DNA of 64,000 nt. Source: Anaeromyxobacteraceae bacterium (GTDB lineage: Bacteria; Myxococcota; Myxococcia; Myxococcales; Anaeromyxobacteraceae). The stretch is taken from positions 32,001 to 96,000 of the forward strand of contig JAULAX010000018.1 of NCBI GenBank assembly GCA_032654565.1. The letters are read 5' to 3'. The notes under the pieces are model-generated. The model ran no database searches. It saw nothing but the letters and a program-made list of their open reading frames with translations, and was not told the DNA's origin. Below are positions 20,007 to 29,770 of the stretch, one piece after another. The stretch's first letter is position 1. Each line of letters begins with the position of its first letter. The position numbers and the translations under genes are program-made.

Positions 20007-20420
20007 ATGAGATCGGTTGCCGAAGGGACCAGCCGGCGGTGGTTCCTGCTCAGCGCGGTGCTCCTGGCGGCCCATGAGGTGGACTCCGGCGGCTGGCGCG
20101 AGTGGGAGCTCCTGGGTCTTCCGGGAGGCCCCCAGCTCTTCGTGGTCCTCCACCTCGGGATCTTCCTCCTGCTCTTCTGGGGCTACGGGGAGGCGATCAG
20201 GGGGAGCCGTGCCGGCCACTGGATGTCCTGGGTGGTCGCCGGGGCGGCCCTCTTCGCCGCCAGCCTCCACGGCCTGCTCCTGGCCCTCGGCCACCCCCGC
20301 TTCACCACCCCGGTCTCCATCGCCCTCCTCGCCGGCCTGGGGATCTCCGGGGCGGCGCAGCTGGCCGCCTCGCTGGGCTCCACCCGGGCCCAGGCGAGGC
20401 CCGCGACGGGCAGGCCATGA
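20007..20420 (+). CDS. Small membrane protein (DUF6713-like)
   Basis: GGAGG RBS; HEVDS..WREWELLGLPGG motif; four TM segments. Confidence 0.7.
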   Translation: MRSVAEGTSRRWFLLSAVLLAAHEVDSGGWREWELLGLPGGPQLFVVLHLGIFLLLFWGYGEAIRGSRAGHWMSWVVAGAALFAASLHGLLLALGHPRFTTPVSIALLAGLGISGAAQLAASLGSTRAQARPATGRP

Positions 20421-21250
20421 TCCCTCCGCCGAGCCTCCCCGGTTCCGGGCCCACGCCCGCGCTCCGGGCCGAGGGGCTGACCAAGCGGTTCGGCGACCTG
20501 GTGGCGGTGGGAGGGGTCGGGCTCGAGGTTCGCAGTGGCGAGGTGCTGGCGCTGCTGGGGCCGAACGGCGCCGGCAAGACCACCACCCTGCGGATGCTGG
20601 CCGGCCTGCTCCGTCCCGACCAGGGCCGGACGCTGATCGACGGCCGCCTGCTCGAGATGGGTTCGGCCGAGAGCCGCCGGATCGGGGTCTGCCCGCAGCG
20701 GATCATCGTCTGGGAGCGGCTCACCTGCCTCGAGCAGCTCACCTTCCTGGGGGCCATGTACGGGGTGGCGCGGACCGCCGCCGGGCAGCGCGCCCGCTCC
20801 CTCCTGGCCGACCTCGGCCTGGCCGAGAAGGCCGGGGCCCAGGCCCGCCTGCTCTCCGGCGGCATGCGGCGGCGTCTCAACCTGGCGCTGGCCCTGGTCC
20901 ACGACCCGGACATCCTCTTCCTCGACGAGCCCGAGGCGGGGCTGGATCCGCAGTCGCGGCTGCTGCTCCGCGACTACCTCCGCCAGCTCTCCCTCACCCG
21001 GGCCATCGTGCTCACCACGCACGACATGGACGAGGCCGACCGGCTCGCCAGCCGGGTCGCCATCATCGATCGCGGGGTCATCCTGGCCGAGGGGACCCAG
21101 GCCGAGCTGAAGCGCCGGCTGGCCGACGCCGAGGCGCTGGAGGTGGAGCCGGCCGAGGCGCCTTCCGACCCGGCGCGCCAGCGCCTCCTCCCGCAGCCGA
21201 CGCTCGAGGACGTCTTCCTGGCCCTCACCGGGCGGAGGCTGCGCGAATGA
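20417..21250 (+). CDS. ABC-2 type ATP-binding protein
   Basis: GPNGAGKT, LSGGMRRR, FLDEP, TTHDM, PTLEDVFL. Confidence 0.92.
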   Translation: MIPPPSLPGSGPTPALRAEGLTKRFGDLVAVGGVGLEVRSGEVLALLGPNGAGKTTTLRMLAGLLRPDQGRTLIDGRLLEMGSAESRRIGVCPQRIIVWERLTCLEQLTFLGAMYGVARTAAGQRARSLLADLGLAEKAGAQARLLSGGMRRRLNLALALVHDPDILFLDEPEAGLDPQSRLLLRDYLRQLSLTRAIVLTTHDMDEADRLASRVAIIDRGVILAEGTQAELKRRLADAEALEVEPAEAPSDPARQRLLPQPTLEDVFLALTGRRLRE

Positions 21251-22410
21251 AGGTCCTCCTGGTGGCCTGGAAGAGCCTGGTCGAGCAGCTCCGCGACGTG
21301 CGGAACATGCTCCTGGCGGTGAGCCTGCCGGCCGGCTTCATGGTGATGTTCGCGCTGCCCTACGCCGGGGGGCTGCCGACCTACCGCGTCGTGGTCCATG
21401 ACCAGGACCGCGGCGCCACCGGCCCAGGCGGCGCACCGCTCCGGGCCACGCAGCGGCTCACCGAGGCGCTGCGGGCGGTGAAGTACCCCGACGGCAAGCC
21501 GGTGCTGGAGCTGCGCCCGTCGACCCGGCCGGAGGCGGAGCGGGCGCTCGGCGCCGCCCAGGCGGCGCTGCTCCTCGAGGTCGCGCCCGACTTCTCCGAG
21601 CGCGTCGCGGCGGGAGATCCCCGGGCGGCGACGGCGCTGACGCTGGCCGGCGACCCCTCCAGCCCGGCCTTCGTCTCGGCGCGCTGGGTGGTCGACGACG
21701 TCATCCAGGCGACGGTGGCCTCGCTGCAGGGCGTCCCACCCCCCGGGCACGCCGTTACCCGCCTGCTGGGTGATGGCGTGGCCCGCACCGAGTACGACTA
21801 CGTCGCCCCGGGGGTCATCGTCTTCGCCGTCCTGCTGCTGGTGGCGCAGACGGCCATGCTGATGGTGGCCGAGTTCCAGGGCGGCACGCTGCAGCGCTAC
21901 CAGCTCTCCGGCGCGGGGGCCGGCGTGCTCTTCGCCGGCGTCTCGCTCTCGCAGATGGTCATCGCGGCGGTCCAGGTGCCCCTGATGACCGGGGTGGCGC
22001 TGCTGATGGGGTTCAACGCCGTGGGTTCGATCCTGGCGGCGATCCTGATCGCCTTGATCCTGAGCCTGGGCGCGGTCGGGCTGGGGCTGCTGGTCGCCTG
22101 CGTGGCGCGCACCCCGGCCGAGGCGTCCAACCTGGGGGCTGGCGTCCTGCTGGCGGTGACCTTCCTCTCCGGCGCGTTCTTCCCGGTCCCGGAGCTGGCC
22201 TTCGTCCAGGCCTTCGGCAGGGAGCTCGGCCCCTGGCACCTGTTCGCGGCCAAGCACGCCTACGACGCGATCCGCCAGGTGCTGGTCCACGGCGCCGGGC
22301 TGGGCGACCTGGCCTTCGAGCTCTCCGCCACGGCCGTGCTCTCGGCCGCCTCCCTGGCCATCGGCGTCATGGTGTATGGCAGGACCCGGCTGCGCGCCGC
22401 GCTGGAGTGA
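21247..22410 (+). CDS. ABC-2 type permease
   Basis: ATGA-coupled; DYVAPG, E..GGTL, FLSGAFFP motifs. Confidence 0.88.
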   Translation: MKVLLVAWKSLVEQLRDVRNMLLAVSLPAGFMVMFALPYAGGLPTYRVVVHDQDRGATGPGGAPLRATQRLTEALRAVKYPDGKPVLELRPSTRPEAERALGAAQAALLLEVAPDFSERVAAGDPRAATALTLAGDPSSPAFVSARWVVDDVIQATVASLQGVPPPGHAVTRLLGDGVARTEYDYVAPGVIVFAVLLLVAQTAMLMVAEFQGGTLQRYQLSGAGAGVLFAGVSLSQMVIAAVQVPLMTGVALLMGFNAVGSILAAILIALILSLGAVGLGLLVACVARTPAEASNLGAGVLLAVTFLSGAFFPVPELAFVQAFGRELGPWHLFAAKHAYDAIRQVLVHGAGLGDLAFELSATAVLSAASLAIGVMVYGRTRLRAALE

Positions 22411-22432
22411 GGGGCCGCCCGCCGCCGAGATC

Positions 22433-23005
22433 ATGCTCTACCCCTACACACGCACCGCCGCCCCGCGCCCGGCCAGCGGGATCGACGCCTGGACCGGCCC
22501 GGGCTGGCGCCTGGTGGAGCGCCATGAGCTGCAGGTCGAGGCGCCTCCCGAGGCGGCGCTCCAGGCTCTGGCCAGCACGCCCCTGCGCGAACTCCCGGCG
22601 GTGACGGCGCTCTTCGCACTGCGCGGGCTCCGCTTCGACCGGGAGGCGACGCTCCGGGAGTTCTTCAGCACCCGTCCCTTCATGCTCCTGGCGGAGGAGC
22701 CGGGACGGGAGCTGGTCTTTGGCGTGCTCAGCCCGGCCGCGGAGCCGGACGGAAGCCGCCGCTGGCCGGCGACGCCCGCGGAGTTCGTCCACGCGGCGGT
22801 CCGGGCGCCGCTGGGCGCCGTGGTCAACTTCCGCGCCGAGCCGGCGGCGGGAGGGACCCGACTCTGGACCGAGACCAGCGTCCGGACCAGCGGCACCGCG
22901 GCCGGCCTCCGCTTCGCCGCCTACTGGCTGGCCATCGGCCCCTGGAGCGCCTGGATGCGCAGGCTCTTCCTGCGGGTGGCGCGGGCCAGGGCCGAGAGGC
23001 GTTGA
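22433..23005 (+). CDS. Hypothetical protein (DUF2867/SRPBCC-like)
   Basis: ERHE...APPE, ELVFG, LWTET, FAAYWLAIGPWS..MRR pattern. Confidence 0.65.
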   Translation: MLYPYTRTAAPRPASGIDAWTGPGWRLVERHELQVEAPPEAALQALASTPLRELPAVTALFALRGLRFDREATLREFFSTRPFMLLAEEPGRELVFGVLSPAAEPDGSRRWPATPAEFVHAAVRAPLGAVVNFRAEPAAGGTRLWTETSVRTSGTAAGLRFAAYWLAIGPWSAWMRRLFLRVARARAERR

Positions 23006-23157
23006 GCCGAACCGCGGGGCGGGCCAGTCCGGTCTGTCCGGGTTGCGACGCTCCCGGCGCTGCCTTGCAGGGATGTGGCTGACCGCGGCTTGCCGGCGCC
23101 ACTAGGCTGCGCGGAAGAAGTCGAGGCCATCATCGGTCCCACTCGCAGCACGTCCCG

Positions 23158-23889
23158 GTGGAGTTCATGTCCTTCCAGGCCATCGTCGCAGAAGTGGATC
23201 CTTCCGGCGTCGGGGTCATCACGCTCAACCGCCCGGCCAAGCTCAACGCGCTCACCATCGAGCTGCGCCGGGAGATCTCGGCCTGCCTGGCGGCCTGGGA
23301 GGCCGACGCTGCGGTCCAGGCGGTGATCTTCACTGGCGCCGGGCGGGCCTTCAGCGCCGGGTTCGACATCGAGGAGTTCCAGCAGCCAACGCTCTGGGAG
23401 GAGATCCTGGCGACCTCGACGGCCTACCACCGCGACGTCTGGTACTTCCCCAAGCCGACCATCGCCGCCGTCAACGGCCTGGCCGCCGGCGGCGGCTTCG
23501 ATCTGGCCACCCTCTGCGACCTGCGCATCGGCTCGGCGCAGGCCTGGTTCTCCCACCCGGAGCTCCTCCACGGGGCCCCGCCGCTCTTCACGCCGCTCCG
23601 CTGGCTGGTGGGCGACGCCGCCGCCCGCGACCTCTGCCTGACCCGCCGCCGCGTCCAGGCCGACGAGGCGCTCCGGCTCAACCTCGTGAGCCAGGTGGTC
23701 GCCCCCGACGTGCTCCTGGACTCGGCGCGCGCCCTGGCGCGGCTGATCCTGGAGGCCCCGGCGGACGCGGTCCGGTTCACCAAGGAGCGCATCTCGCGGA
23801 GCGGCGGGGAGGGGTTCGACCGCTGCTTCGCCGAGGAGCACGACCGGGCCTTCAGCGAGCTGATCCTCTCCCCCCGGCGCTGGACCTGA
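23158..23889 (+). CDS. Enoyl-CoA hydratase/isomerase
   Basis: ITLNRPAKLNAL, FSAGFDI, IAAVNGLAAGGGFDL, CDLR. Confidence 0.9.
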   Translation: MEFMSFQAIVAEVDPSGVGVITLNRPAKLNALTIELRREISACLAAWEADAAVQAVIFTGAGRAFSAGFDIEEFQQPTLWEEILATSTAYHRDVWYFPKPTIAAVNGLAAGGGFDLATLCDLRIGSAQAWFSHPELLHGAPPLFTPLRWLVGDAAARDLCLTRRRVQADEALRLNLVSQVVAPDVLLDSARALARLILEAPADAVRFTKERISRSGGEGFDRCFAEEHDRAFSELILSPRRWT

Positions 23890-24793
23890 CCGGCGCCTCC
23901 TCGCCGCGCAGCGCCACGGCCTGGGACTGGATCTCGGCGGTGAGGTGCTCGGTGAAGGCGCGGATGCGGCCGATGCGGCGGGAGTCGCGGTGGAGCACCA
24001 GCCAGAGCTCGCGGGTCACCACCTCCTCGGGCCCGAGCAGGCGGACCAGCCCGGCCTCGCGGTCGGCGATGTAGCAGGGGAGCACGGCCAGCCCGAGCCC
24101 GCCCAGGGCGGCGGGGAGGAGCAGGTCGACGCGGTTGGCGCGCAGGGCGAAGCGGGCCCCTCCAGCCCGATCCTCGAGCCAGCGCGCCTCCGGCATCGCC
24201 GCCAGGCTGGCGTGGTAGCCGAGCAGGTCATGGCCGCGGGTCGGCTCGGCGGGATCGAAGGGGCGCTGGGCCAGGTAGCCGGGTGAGGCGTACAGGCCGT
24301 GGCCGAGGATGGCGATCCGGCGCGAGGCCAGCTGGGCCTGGGCGGGGCGGACGAAGCGGACGGCCAGGTCGGCCTCCTGGCGGATCAGGCTGGCGGCCCG
24401 GTTGTCGGCCACCAGCTCGAAGTCCACGTGCGGGTGCTGGCGCCGGAAGCTGCTGAGGATGGCGGAGAGGTAGTGCCGTCCGAAGGCGTCGCTGGTGGCG
24501 ATGCGCACCACCCCCTCGAGCCGCTGGTCGGCCTGGGAGGCCTCGCGCTCCATCGACGCGATGTCCGCCTCGACGCGCTCTGCCGTCTCGAGCAGCCGCT
24601 GGCCCACCGCGGTGAGCCGGTGGCCGGTGGCGGTCCGGTCGAAGACCCGCGCCCCGATGTCGCGCTCCAGCGCCCGGACCCGCCGGCTCACCGTCGAGGG
24701 GTCCACCGAGAGCTCCTCGGCGGCGCGGTCGAGGGCCTGGTGGCGCGCCAGCGCCAGGATGAACTGCAAGCCGTTCCAGTCGAGGTTGGCCAT
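23852..24793 (-). CDS. LysR family regulator
   Basis: N-terminal HTH (STVSRR) and substrate domain (EADLAVRF, GLGLAVLP). Confidence 0.92.
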   Translation of the reverse strand: MANLDWNGLQFILALARHQALDRAAEELSVDPSTVSRRVRALERDIGARVFDRTATGHRLTAVGQRLLETAERVEADIASMEREASQADQRLEGVVRIATSDAFGRHYLSAILSSFRRQHPHVDFELVADNRAASLIRQEADLAVRFVRPAQAQLASRRIAILGHGLYASPGYLAQRPFDPAEPTRGHDLLGYHASLAAMPEARWLEDRAGGARFALRANRVDLLLPAALGGLGLAVLPCYIADREAGLVRLLGPEEVVTRELWLVLHRDSRRIGRIRAFTEHLTAEIQSQAVALRGEEAPVRSSAGGRGSAR

Positions 24794-24852
24794 GGACCCC
24801 TCCCCTGGGTGCGACGCTACGCCTTCCCGCCGGTCGATCTCAACAGGGTGCG

Positions 24853-25413
24853 TCAGCTGGCCAGGAAGCGCTCGGTCCGCGCCCAGGCTTCGGCGGCAGC
24901 GGCGGGCTCGTGGTCGGGGAGGTCGGGGTCGGTGAAGAGGTGGCCACCCCGGTAGAAGTGGAGCTCCACCTGCGCGCCCATGGCCTCCAGCGCGGTGCGC
25001 CAGGCCAGCGCCCCGGCGCGCGGCTCCCAGGGATCATCCGCAGCGAGATGGGCCTGCACCTGCCAGCGGGCCGGCAGCGCCGCGGGCGGCTCGGCCAGGC
25101 CATGGAAGAGGAGGAGGCGGGAGAAGCGGGCGTCCTGCGTCGCGAGCCGCAGGGCCAGCGAGGCGCCCATCGAGTAGCCGGCCAGCACCGTCCCCGGCGG
25201 CGCGCTGGCGACGCCGACCTGGGCCAGGCTGAGGAGCTGGTCGCGACCGACCCGGTCGCGCAGGGCCAGGGCCTCCTGGAGCGTGCCGGCGACCTGGCCG
25301 CCGTAGAGGTCAGGGGTCTCGACCCGGTGCCCCAGGCCGCGCAGCCGCCCGGCGGCGGCCCGGACGGCGGGGCGAAGCCCGTAGGCCGAGTGGAATAGGA
25401 AGATGTCGCTCAC
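24853..25413 (-). CDS. Dienelactone hydrolase family protein
   Basis: GTG start; FHSAYGLRP, PDLYGG, GYSMG, GHLFTD, AWAR..RFL. Confidence 0.85.
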   Translation of the reverse strand: MSDIFLFHSAYGLRPAVRAAAGRLRGLGHRVETPDLYGGQVAGTLQEALALRDRVGRDQLLSLAQVGVASAPPGTVLAGYSMGASLALRLATQDARFSRLLLFHGLAEPPAALPARWQVQAHLAADDPWEPRAGALAWRTALEAMGAQVELHFYRGGHLFTDPDLPDHEPAAAAEAWARTERFLAS

Positions 25414-25788
25414 GGCGAGCTCCCGGGCGCGGCTGGATGGGGCTGCGTTGTCAGCTGGAGAGCCTAGCTCGACGAGGAACTGCCAGCGAAGGTCATGGAT
25501 TCCGATCGTCCGGGGCCCGGCGCGGATGCAACGCCGACTTGTAGGAAAGGGGCTGGTGGCCCACCCGCGACGGGTGGCAGGTTGCGCGCCGGTCGGCCCA
25601 TCGCTGGCCAGCCCAAGCCAGCGGGTGCTCCGCGTGGGGCGGGCCTGGCTCGATGAGGAGCCGGTTGATGGCGTCGCCGCGGACGCCATCCGGTCAGCCG
25701 ACCGCGGGGATGTGACGCCCGAGGATTCCCCCCCTCCCTTCGGGCAGCGTCTCCGCGGTCGGCTGGTCGTTTCATCGTCGGAGGCCAC

Positions 25789-26319
25789 ATGCGGCTCGCC
25801 GAGATCCTGAGCACCCTGGAGCGGCACGCGCCGCGGCTGGCGCACGCGGCCAAGACCTGGTTCGTCGAGCACGGCGTCCCCATGAACCGCTCCATGGGGC
25901 TGCGCGTCGAGGAGGTCGCGCTCGACTCGAGCCGGGTGGCCCTCCGCCTCCCGCCCCGGCGGCGCAACCAGAACGACGCCGGCACGGTCCACGGCGGGGT
26001 GATCACCGCCTTCGCCGAGACGGTCCACGGGGTGGCCGTGCTCTGGCAGTTCCCGCCGGCCCGCCACCACATGGTGACGCGCCAGCTGCGGGTCGAGTTC
26101 TGCGCCCCGGGCCGCGGAACGCTCCGGGTCGAGTACCGCCTCGACCCCTCGACGCTGCGGGTCATCGAGGGCGACCTGGCGAGGGGAGGGCGCTCCGAGT
26201 TCACGCTGCTGAGCGAGGTGAGGGACGAGAACGGGAGGGTGGTGGCCCGCCTCGAGGCGTCCTACCTCCTCAAGCGCCAATCCGGCCCGGTGGTCGCCCC
26301 CGGCCAGCCCGGCGCATAG
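25789..26319 (+). CDS. Hot-dog fold PaaI/DUF4442 thioesterase-like protein
   Basis: GGAGG RBS; NQNDAGTVHGG...FAE motif. Confidence 0.8.
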   Translation: MRLAEILSTLERHAPRLAHAAKTWFVEHGVPMNRSMGLRVEEVALDSSRVALRLPPRRRNQNDAGTVHGGVITAFAETVHGVAVLWQFPPARHHMVTRQLRVEFCAPGRGTLRVEYRLDPSTLRVIEGDLARGGRSEFTLLSEVRDENGRVVARLEASYLLKRQSGPVVAPGQPGA

Positions 26320-26361
26320 GCCATCGGCGCCTGTCCGCATCCGGACCCGTCATTCGTCTTG

Positions 26362-26898
26362 ATGGGAAGAAGCCGACCGAGAGGACGCTTGGCCGACCCG
26401 CAGCTTGAACAGCTCTTCAGGAAGAACTTCCCCATCATCCGGGCGAAGTGCACCCGCATGCTCGGAGCGGGAGAGGAAGGCGCCGACGTGGCCCAGGAGA
26501 CCTTCGTGCGTTTGTGCGAGAGCGGCGCCGTCCATCTCGAACCGGAGCAGCGGCTGCGGTGGATCTACGCCACCAGCACCCGCATCGCCATCGACCTGCT
26601 GCGCCGGCGCAAGCTGGGGGTGGTGACCCTTGGCTCGGCGCAGGAGCCCGGCCACGAGCCCGGCGAGCCCTCCACCGGCGCTCCTCGCCTCGACGATGCG
26701 CTGGCGGCGCGGCAGGCGCTCGCCACCATCGCCTCCGACGCCCCGCCGCAGGAGCTGCAGGTCGCCATGCTGTGCCGGGTCGATGGGCTGAGCCAGGCCG
26801 AGGCGGCGGGGGTCTGCGCCATCTCCGAGCGGTCGGTGCGGCGCCTGCTGACCCGCTTCGATGGCCGGGTCGCCCGGCTGGATGGGAGGCCCCGGTGA
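26362..26898 (+). CDS. ECF RNA polymerase sigma factor
   Basis: Region 2 (ADVAQETFVRL...WIY...TRIAIDLLR) and region 4 (DGLSQAEAA...SERSVRR). Confidence 0.9.
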   Translation: MGRSRPRGRLADPQLEQLFRKNFPIIRAKCTRMLGAGEEGADVAQETFVRLCESGAVHLEPEQRLRWIYATSTRIAIDLLRRRKLGVVTLGSAQEPGHEPGEPSTGAPRLDDALAARQALATIASDAPPQELQVAMLCRVDGLSQAEAAGVCAISERSVRRLLTRFDGRVARLDGRPR

Positions 26899-27602
26899 TG
26901 GACCACCCCTCCGTCCTGGCCCTCGACCTGGCCGCGCTGGGCGGACAGGTTCCAGCCGAGGTGGCCCGCCACCTCGAGGCCTGCCAGGCCTGCGCCGCCA
27001 CGGTGGCGGAGCGACGCGCGGCCGGGCCGCTCCCGGGCTGGGTCCATGGCGTCCGCGTGGCCCCGGCCCTGGTCCAGCCACCCAGCCTGGCGGCCCAGCT
27101 CCTGGCCAGGCTGCGCCGGCCGGCCTGGCGGCTCCTGCCGCTCCCGGCGGCCGCCGCGCTGGTGGCCGCGGTCGTCCTGCTGCTGCCGGCGCCGCAGCCC
27201 GAGCCGGGGGGTGGGGCGGTTCGCGAGAAGGCGCTGCCCGCCGTGGCCGTCTACCTGAAGCGGGGCGCCACCGTCGCAGCCTGGGACGGCCGCTCACCGG
27301 TCCAGCCGGGGGACCGGATCCAGCTGGGGATCCGTGGCGCTGGCTTCACCCACCTCTCGGTGGCCTCCCTCCAGGCCGGAGCCGGCCCCGCCCTGCTCTA
27401 CGCGGGGCCGCTCGAGCCACGCGGGGAGACGCTCCTGCCGGTCAGCTTCCGGGTCGACGCCGGCGGCGACCGGGAGGAGCTGAGCATCATCCTGGCGATC
27501 CAGCCGGTCGCACCCGACGCACATGGCCCGCCGTCCGGCGAGGCCGCATCCCGGGGCGCCTGGGCCGCCCGCCTGCTGCTCCCCAAGGAGCCCACTCGAT
27601 GA
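26898..27602 (+). CDS. Putative ZAS anti-sigma factor with TM helix and periplasmic DUF4384-like domain
   Basis: TGATG-coupled to the sigma; HLEACQAC (Hx3Cx2C); TM AAAALVAAVVLLL; VQPGDRIQL...LLPVSFRVD...E beta domain. Confidence 0.8.
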   Translation: MDHPSVLALDLAALGGQVPAEVARHLEACQACAATVAERRAAGPLPGWVHGVRVAPALVQPPSLAAQLLARLRRPAWRLLPLPAAAALVAAVVLLLPAPQPEPGGGAVREKALPAVAVYLKRGATVAAWDGRSPVQPGDRIQLGIRGAGFTHLSVASLQAGAGPALLYAGPLEPRGETLLPVSFRVDAGGDREELSIILAIQPVAPDAHGPPSGEAASRGAWAARLLLPKEPTR

Positions 27603-29374
27603 CCGCCAGGCTCATCGCCCGCCTGCTCCTCGCCATCGCGGTCCTCCTGCCCGCCGGAGGGACCCTCGCGGCGCCGTCGGGCGACGCTCCGCGGGTCGCC
27701 ATCGTCATCGGGGCCACCGCGCCGGTCCCGGGGCGCGTCGTGCTGCGCCACGCCCATCGCGACGCCGAGGCCGTGCGCGACGCGCTGGTCGCGGTGGGCG
27801 GCTTCGAGGCCGGCCGCGTCCACGTGCTGCGGGATCCCGAGCCGGCCGCGCTCCTGGCCCTGGTGGCCCGCGAGGCCGGCGCGCTGGCGGGCGTGCCGCA
27901 CGGCCTCCTGCTCTTCTACTTCTCCGGCCATGCCGACGGCGGCGCCCTCTACTCGGCCGGGAAGGCGGTGCCCATCGAGGCGCTGCGGGCCGCGCTCGAC
28001 CGGCCCGAGGTGAGCCTGCGGCTGGGCGTGGTCGACGCCTGCCAGGGCGGCGGCTGGACCCGCGCCAAGGGCCTGTCGCCCGAGGCGCCCTTCGAGGTGA
28101 CCGTCCCGTCGCTCCTGGCCAGCGAGGGCTCGGCGCTGATCGCCTCCAGCTCCGGCTCGGGCGCCGCCCACGAGTCGGACGCCCTGGGCGGCTCCTTCTT
28201 CACCCACCACTTCGTCGCCGCGCTGCGGGGCGCCGGGGACGAGCGGCGCCGCGGCGAGGTGACGCTCACCGAGGCCTTCGAGTACGCCCGGCAGCAGACC
28301 GTCCGCGACACGGCGCGGCGCGCCGCGGAGCCGCAGCACCCCAGCTTCGCGATCAACCTGAAGGGACGCCAGGACGTGGTGCTGGCCCACCTGGCGTCCA
28401 GCCCGAGCTCCCTGGCGCTGGACCAGTCCGACGGCCCCATCGAGCTGATCCACATGGGAACGGGGTTGAGGGTCCTGGAGCTTCCCCAGGGGCGCCGGCA
28501 GGTGGTGCTGGCCGTGCCAGCCGGGACCTACCTGGTTCGCAGGGTCGACGTGGCCGGCGTCTCGGCGCGGGAGGTGGTGGTGCCTCCGGCCGGCGTCGCC
28601 ACCGTGAGCGAGCAGGAGCTGGTGCTGGTGGCCACCGACCGGCTGGCGCTGAAGGGTAGGGAGCCGGTGGTCCAGACCGGCCGCTGGCCCGCCAGGGGCG
28701 GGGGCGAGCTCGGCGCCAGCCTGGAGACCTGGCGTGACGCCCGTCTCGACCACCTGGGGGTCGGGACCGGGGACGCCTTGGGCGCCGGGGCGATGGTGCG
28801 CTTCGACGGCCGGTATGGCCTCACCGACCGGCTGGCCTGGAAGTTCGGGACCCTGGCGCTGAGCTACCGGCTGGGCGAGCGCGGTGGCCTGGAGGTTGCG
28901 CCCTATGCCGGCCTCCTCTCCTGGAGGTCCGGGCTGGAGCGGGCGCGGGACACCGGCGCCGCCGGCGAGCCCCTGGATGGCACCCAGGCCCGGCTCGGAG
29001 GCGGGCTGGGGCTGCGCGCGCCGTTCCAGGGTGGCGCCGCGGTGTTCACCCTGGGCGGCGAGGGGCTTCTTTCCGACAGGCTGTCGGGAGGCTGGCAGGC
29101 TCACGTGGCCGCCGGCCTCTCGCTGGCGATCGGTCCCTACCTCACCGTGCACCTGGCGGTGAGCGCCTCCAGGTCCCACCAGGACCGCGGCAGCTGGAAC
29201 TCCACGACCTTGAGCTTCCGCGATCTGACCTTCGGCTCGGTGCAGGAGTTCGGCCTGGAGTCGCTGCCGCTGCTGCGCGTCCACCCCTGGGACGCCTGGG
29301 CCATCGACTTCTTCGCGGCGGGTGGAGACCGGCGGCGAGTCTCCTACCGGCTCGGCGTCTCACGGACCTACTGA
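27599..29374 (+). CDS. Exported caspase-family (peptidase C14) protein with C-terminal putative OM beta-barrel
   Basis: ATGA-coupled; signal peptide; LRHAHRDA, FYFSGHAD (His), VVDACQGG (Cys), GSFFTH, QHP; amphipathic beta-rich C-terminus ending in Tyr. Confidence 0.88.
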   Translation: MTARLIARLLLAIAVLLPAGGTLAAPSGDAPRVAIVIGATAPVPGRVVLRHAHRDAEAVRDALVAVGGFEAGRVHVLRDPEPAALLALVAREAGALAGVPHGLLLFYFSGHADGGALYSAGKAVPIEALRAALDRPEVSLRLGVVDACQGGGWTRAKGLSPEAPFEVTVPSLLASEGSALIASSSGSGAAHESDALGGSFFTHHFVAALRGAGDERRRGEVTLTEAFEYARQQTVRDTARRAAEPQHPSFAINLKGRQDVVLAHLASSPSSLALDQSDGPIELIHMGTGLRVLELPQGRRQVVLAVPAGTYLVRRVDVAGVSAREVVVPPAGVATVSEQELVLVATDRLALKGREPVVQTGRWPARGGGELGASLETWRDARLDHLGVGTGDALGAGAMVRFDGRYGLTDRLAWKFGTLALSYRLGERGGLEVAPYAGLLSWRSGLERARDTGAAGEPLDGTQARLGGGLGLRAPFQGGAAVFTLGGEGLLSDRLSGGWQAHVAAGLSLAIGPYLTVHLAVSASRSHQDRGSWNSTTLSFRDLTFGSVQEFGLESLPLLRVHPWDAWAIDFFAAGGDRRRVSYRLGVSRTY

Positions 29375-29410
29375 CGCGGGCGAGGGCGCCCGCACGAGGA
29401 GCAACAGACC

Positions 29411-29770
29411 ATGAAGCAGACCATGAAGCAGACCTGGACTCGCAGCATCACCATGAAGCAGCTTCGGATGGCGGCGCTGGCGCTGGCGGTGGTCGCGCTG
29501 GCGGCGCCGGCGCGGGCGCAGGTGGCGCCGGTCTACATGACGGTGGACGGCGTCCTCATCGAGAACCTCAGCATCAAGGTGACCGGGGTGGTCCAGGGGG
29601 CGGCCGGCCCCACCACCCGCCAGATCCAGTTCACCTATGGGACGGCGGCGGGCCAGCTCGCGGCGTTCGAGACCTGCAGCCGGCTGCTGCTGCTGGCCCT
29701 CAGCAAGCCCGGCCAGTTCCTCGCCGAGGCGACGCTCAACAGGTGCGCCGTGGTCCTCGTGGCGCCGTGA
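29411..29770 (+). CDS. Small secreted protein with two Cys
   Basis: GAGGAG RBS; signal ending APARA; mature domain with CSR and RC; three alternative MKQ starts. Confidence 0.7.
   Translation: MKQTMKQTWTRSITMKQLRMAALALAVVALAAPARAQVAPVYMTVDGVLIENLSIKVTGVVQGAAGPTTRQIQFTYGTAAGQLAAFETCSRLLLLALSKPGQFLAEATLNRCAVVLVAP

Noticed and set aside
25519..25765. Retron msr-msd, RNase P, SRP or tmRNA identity for the structured region
   Set aside because: No reverse transcriptase nearby and none of the hallmark sequences are recognisable; kept only as an unknown structured candidate.
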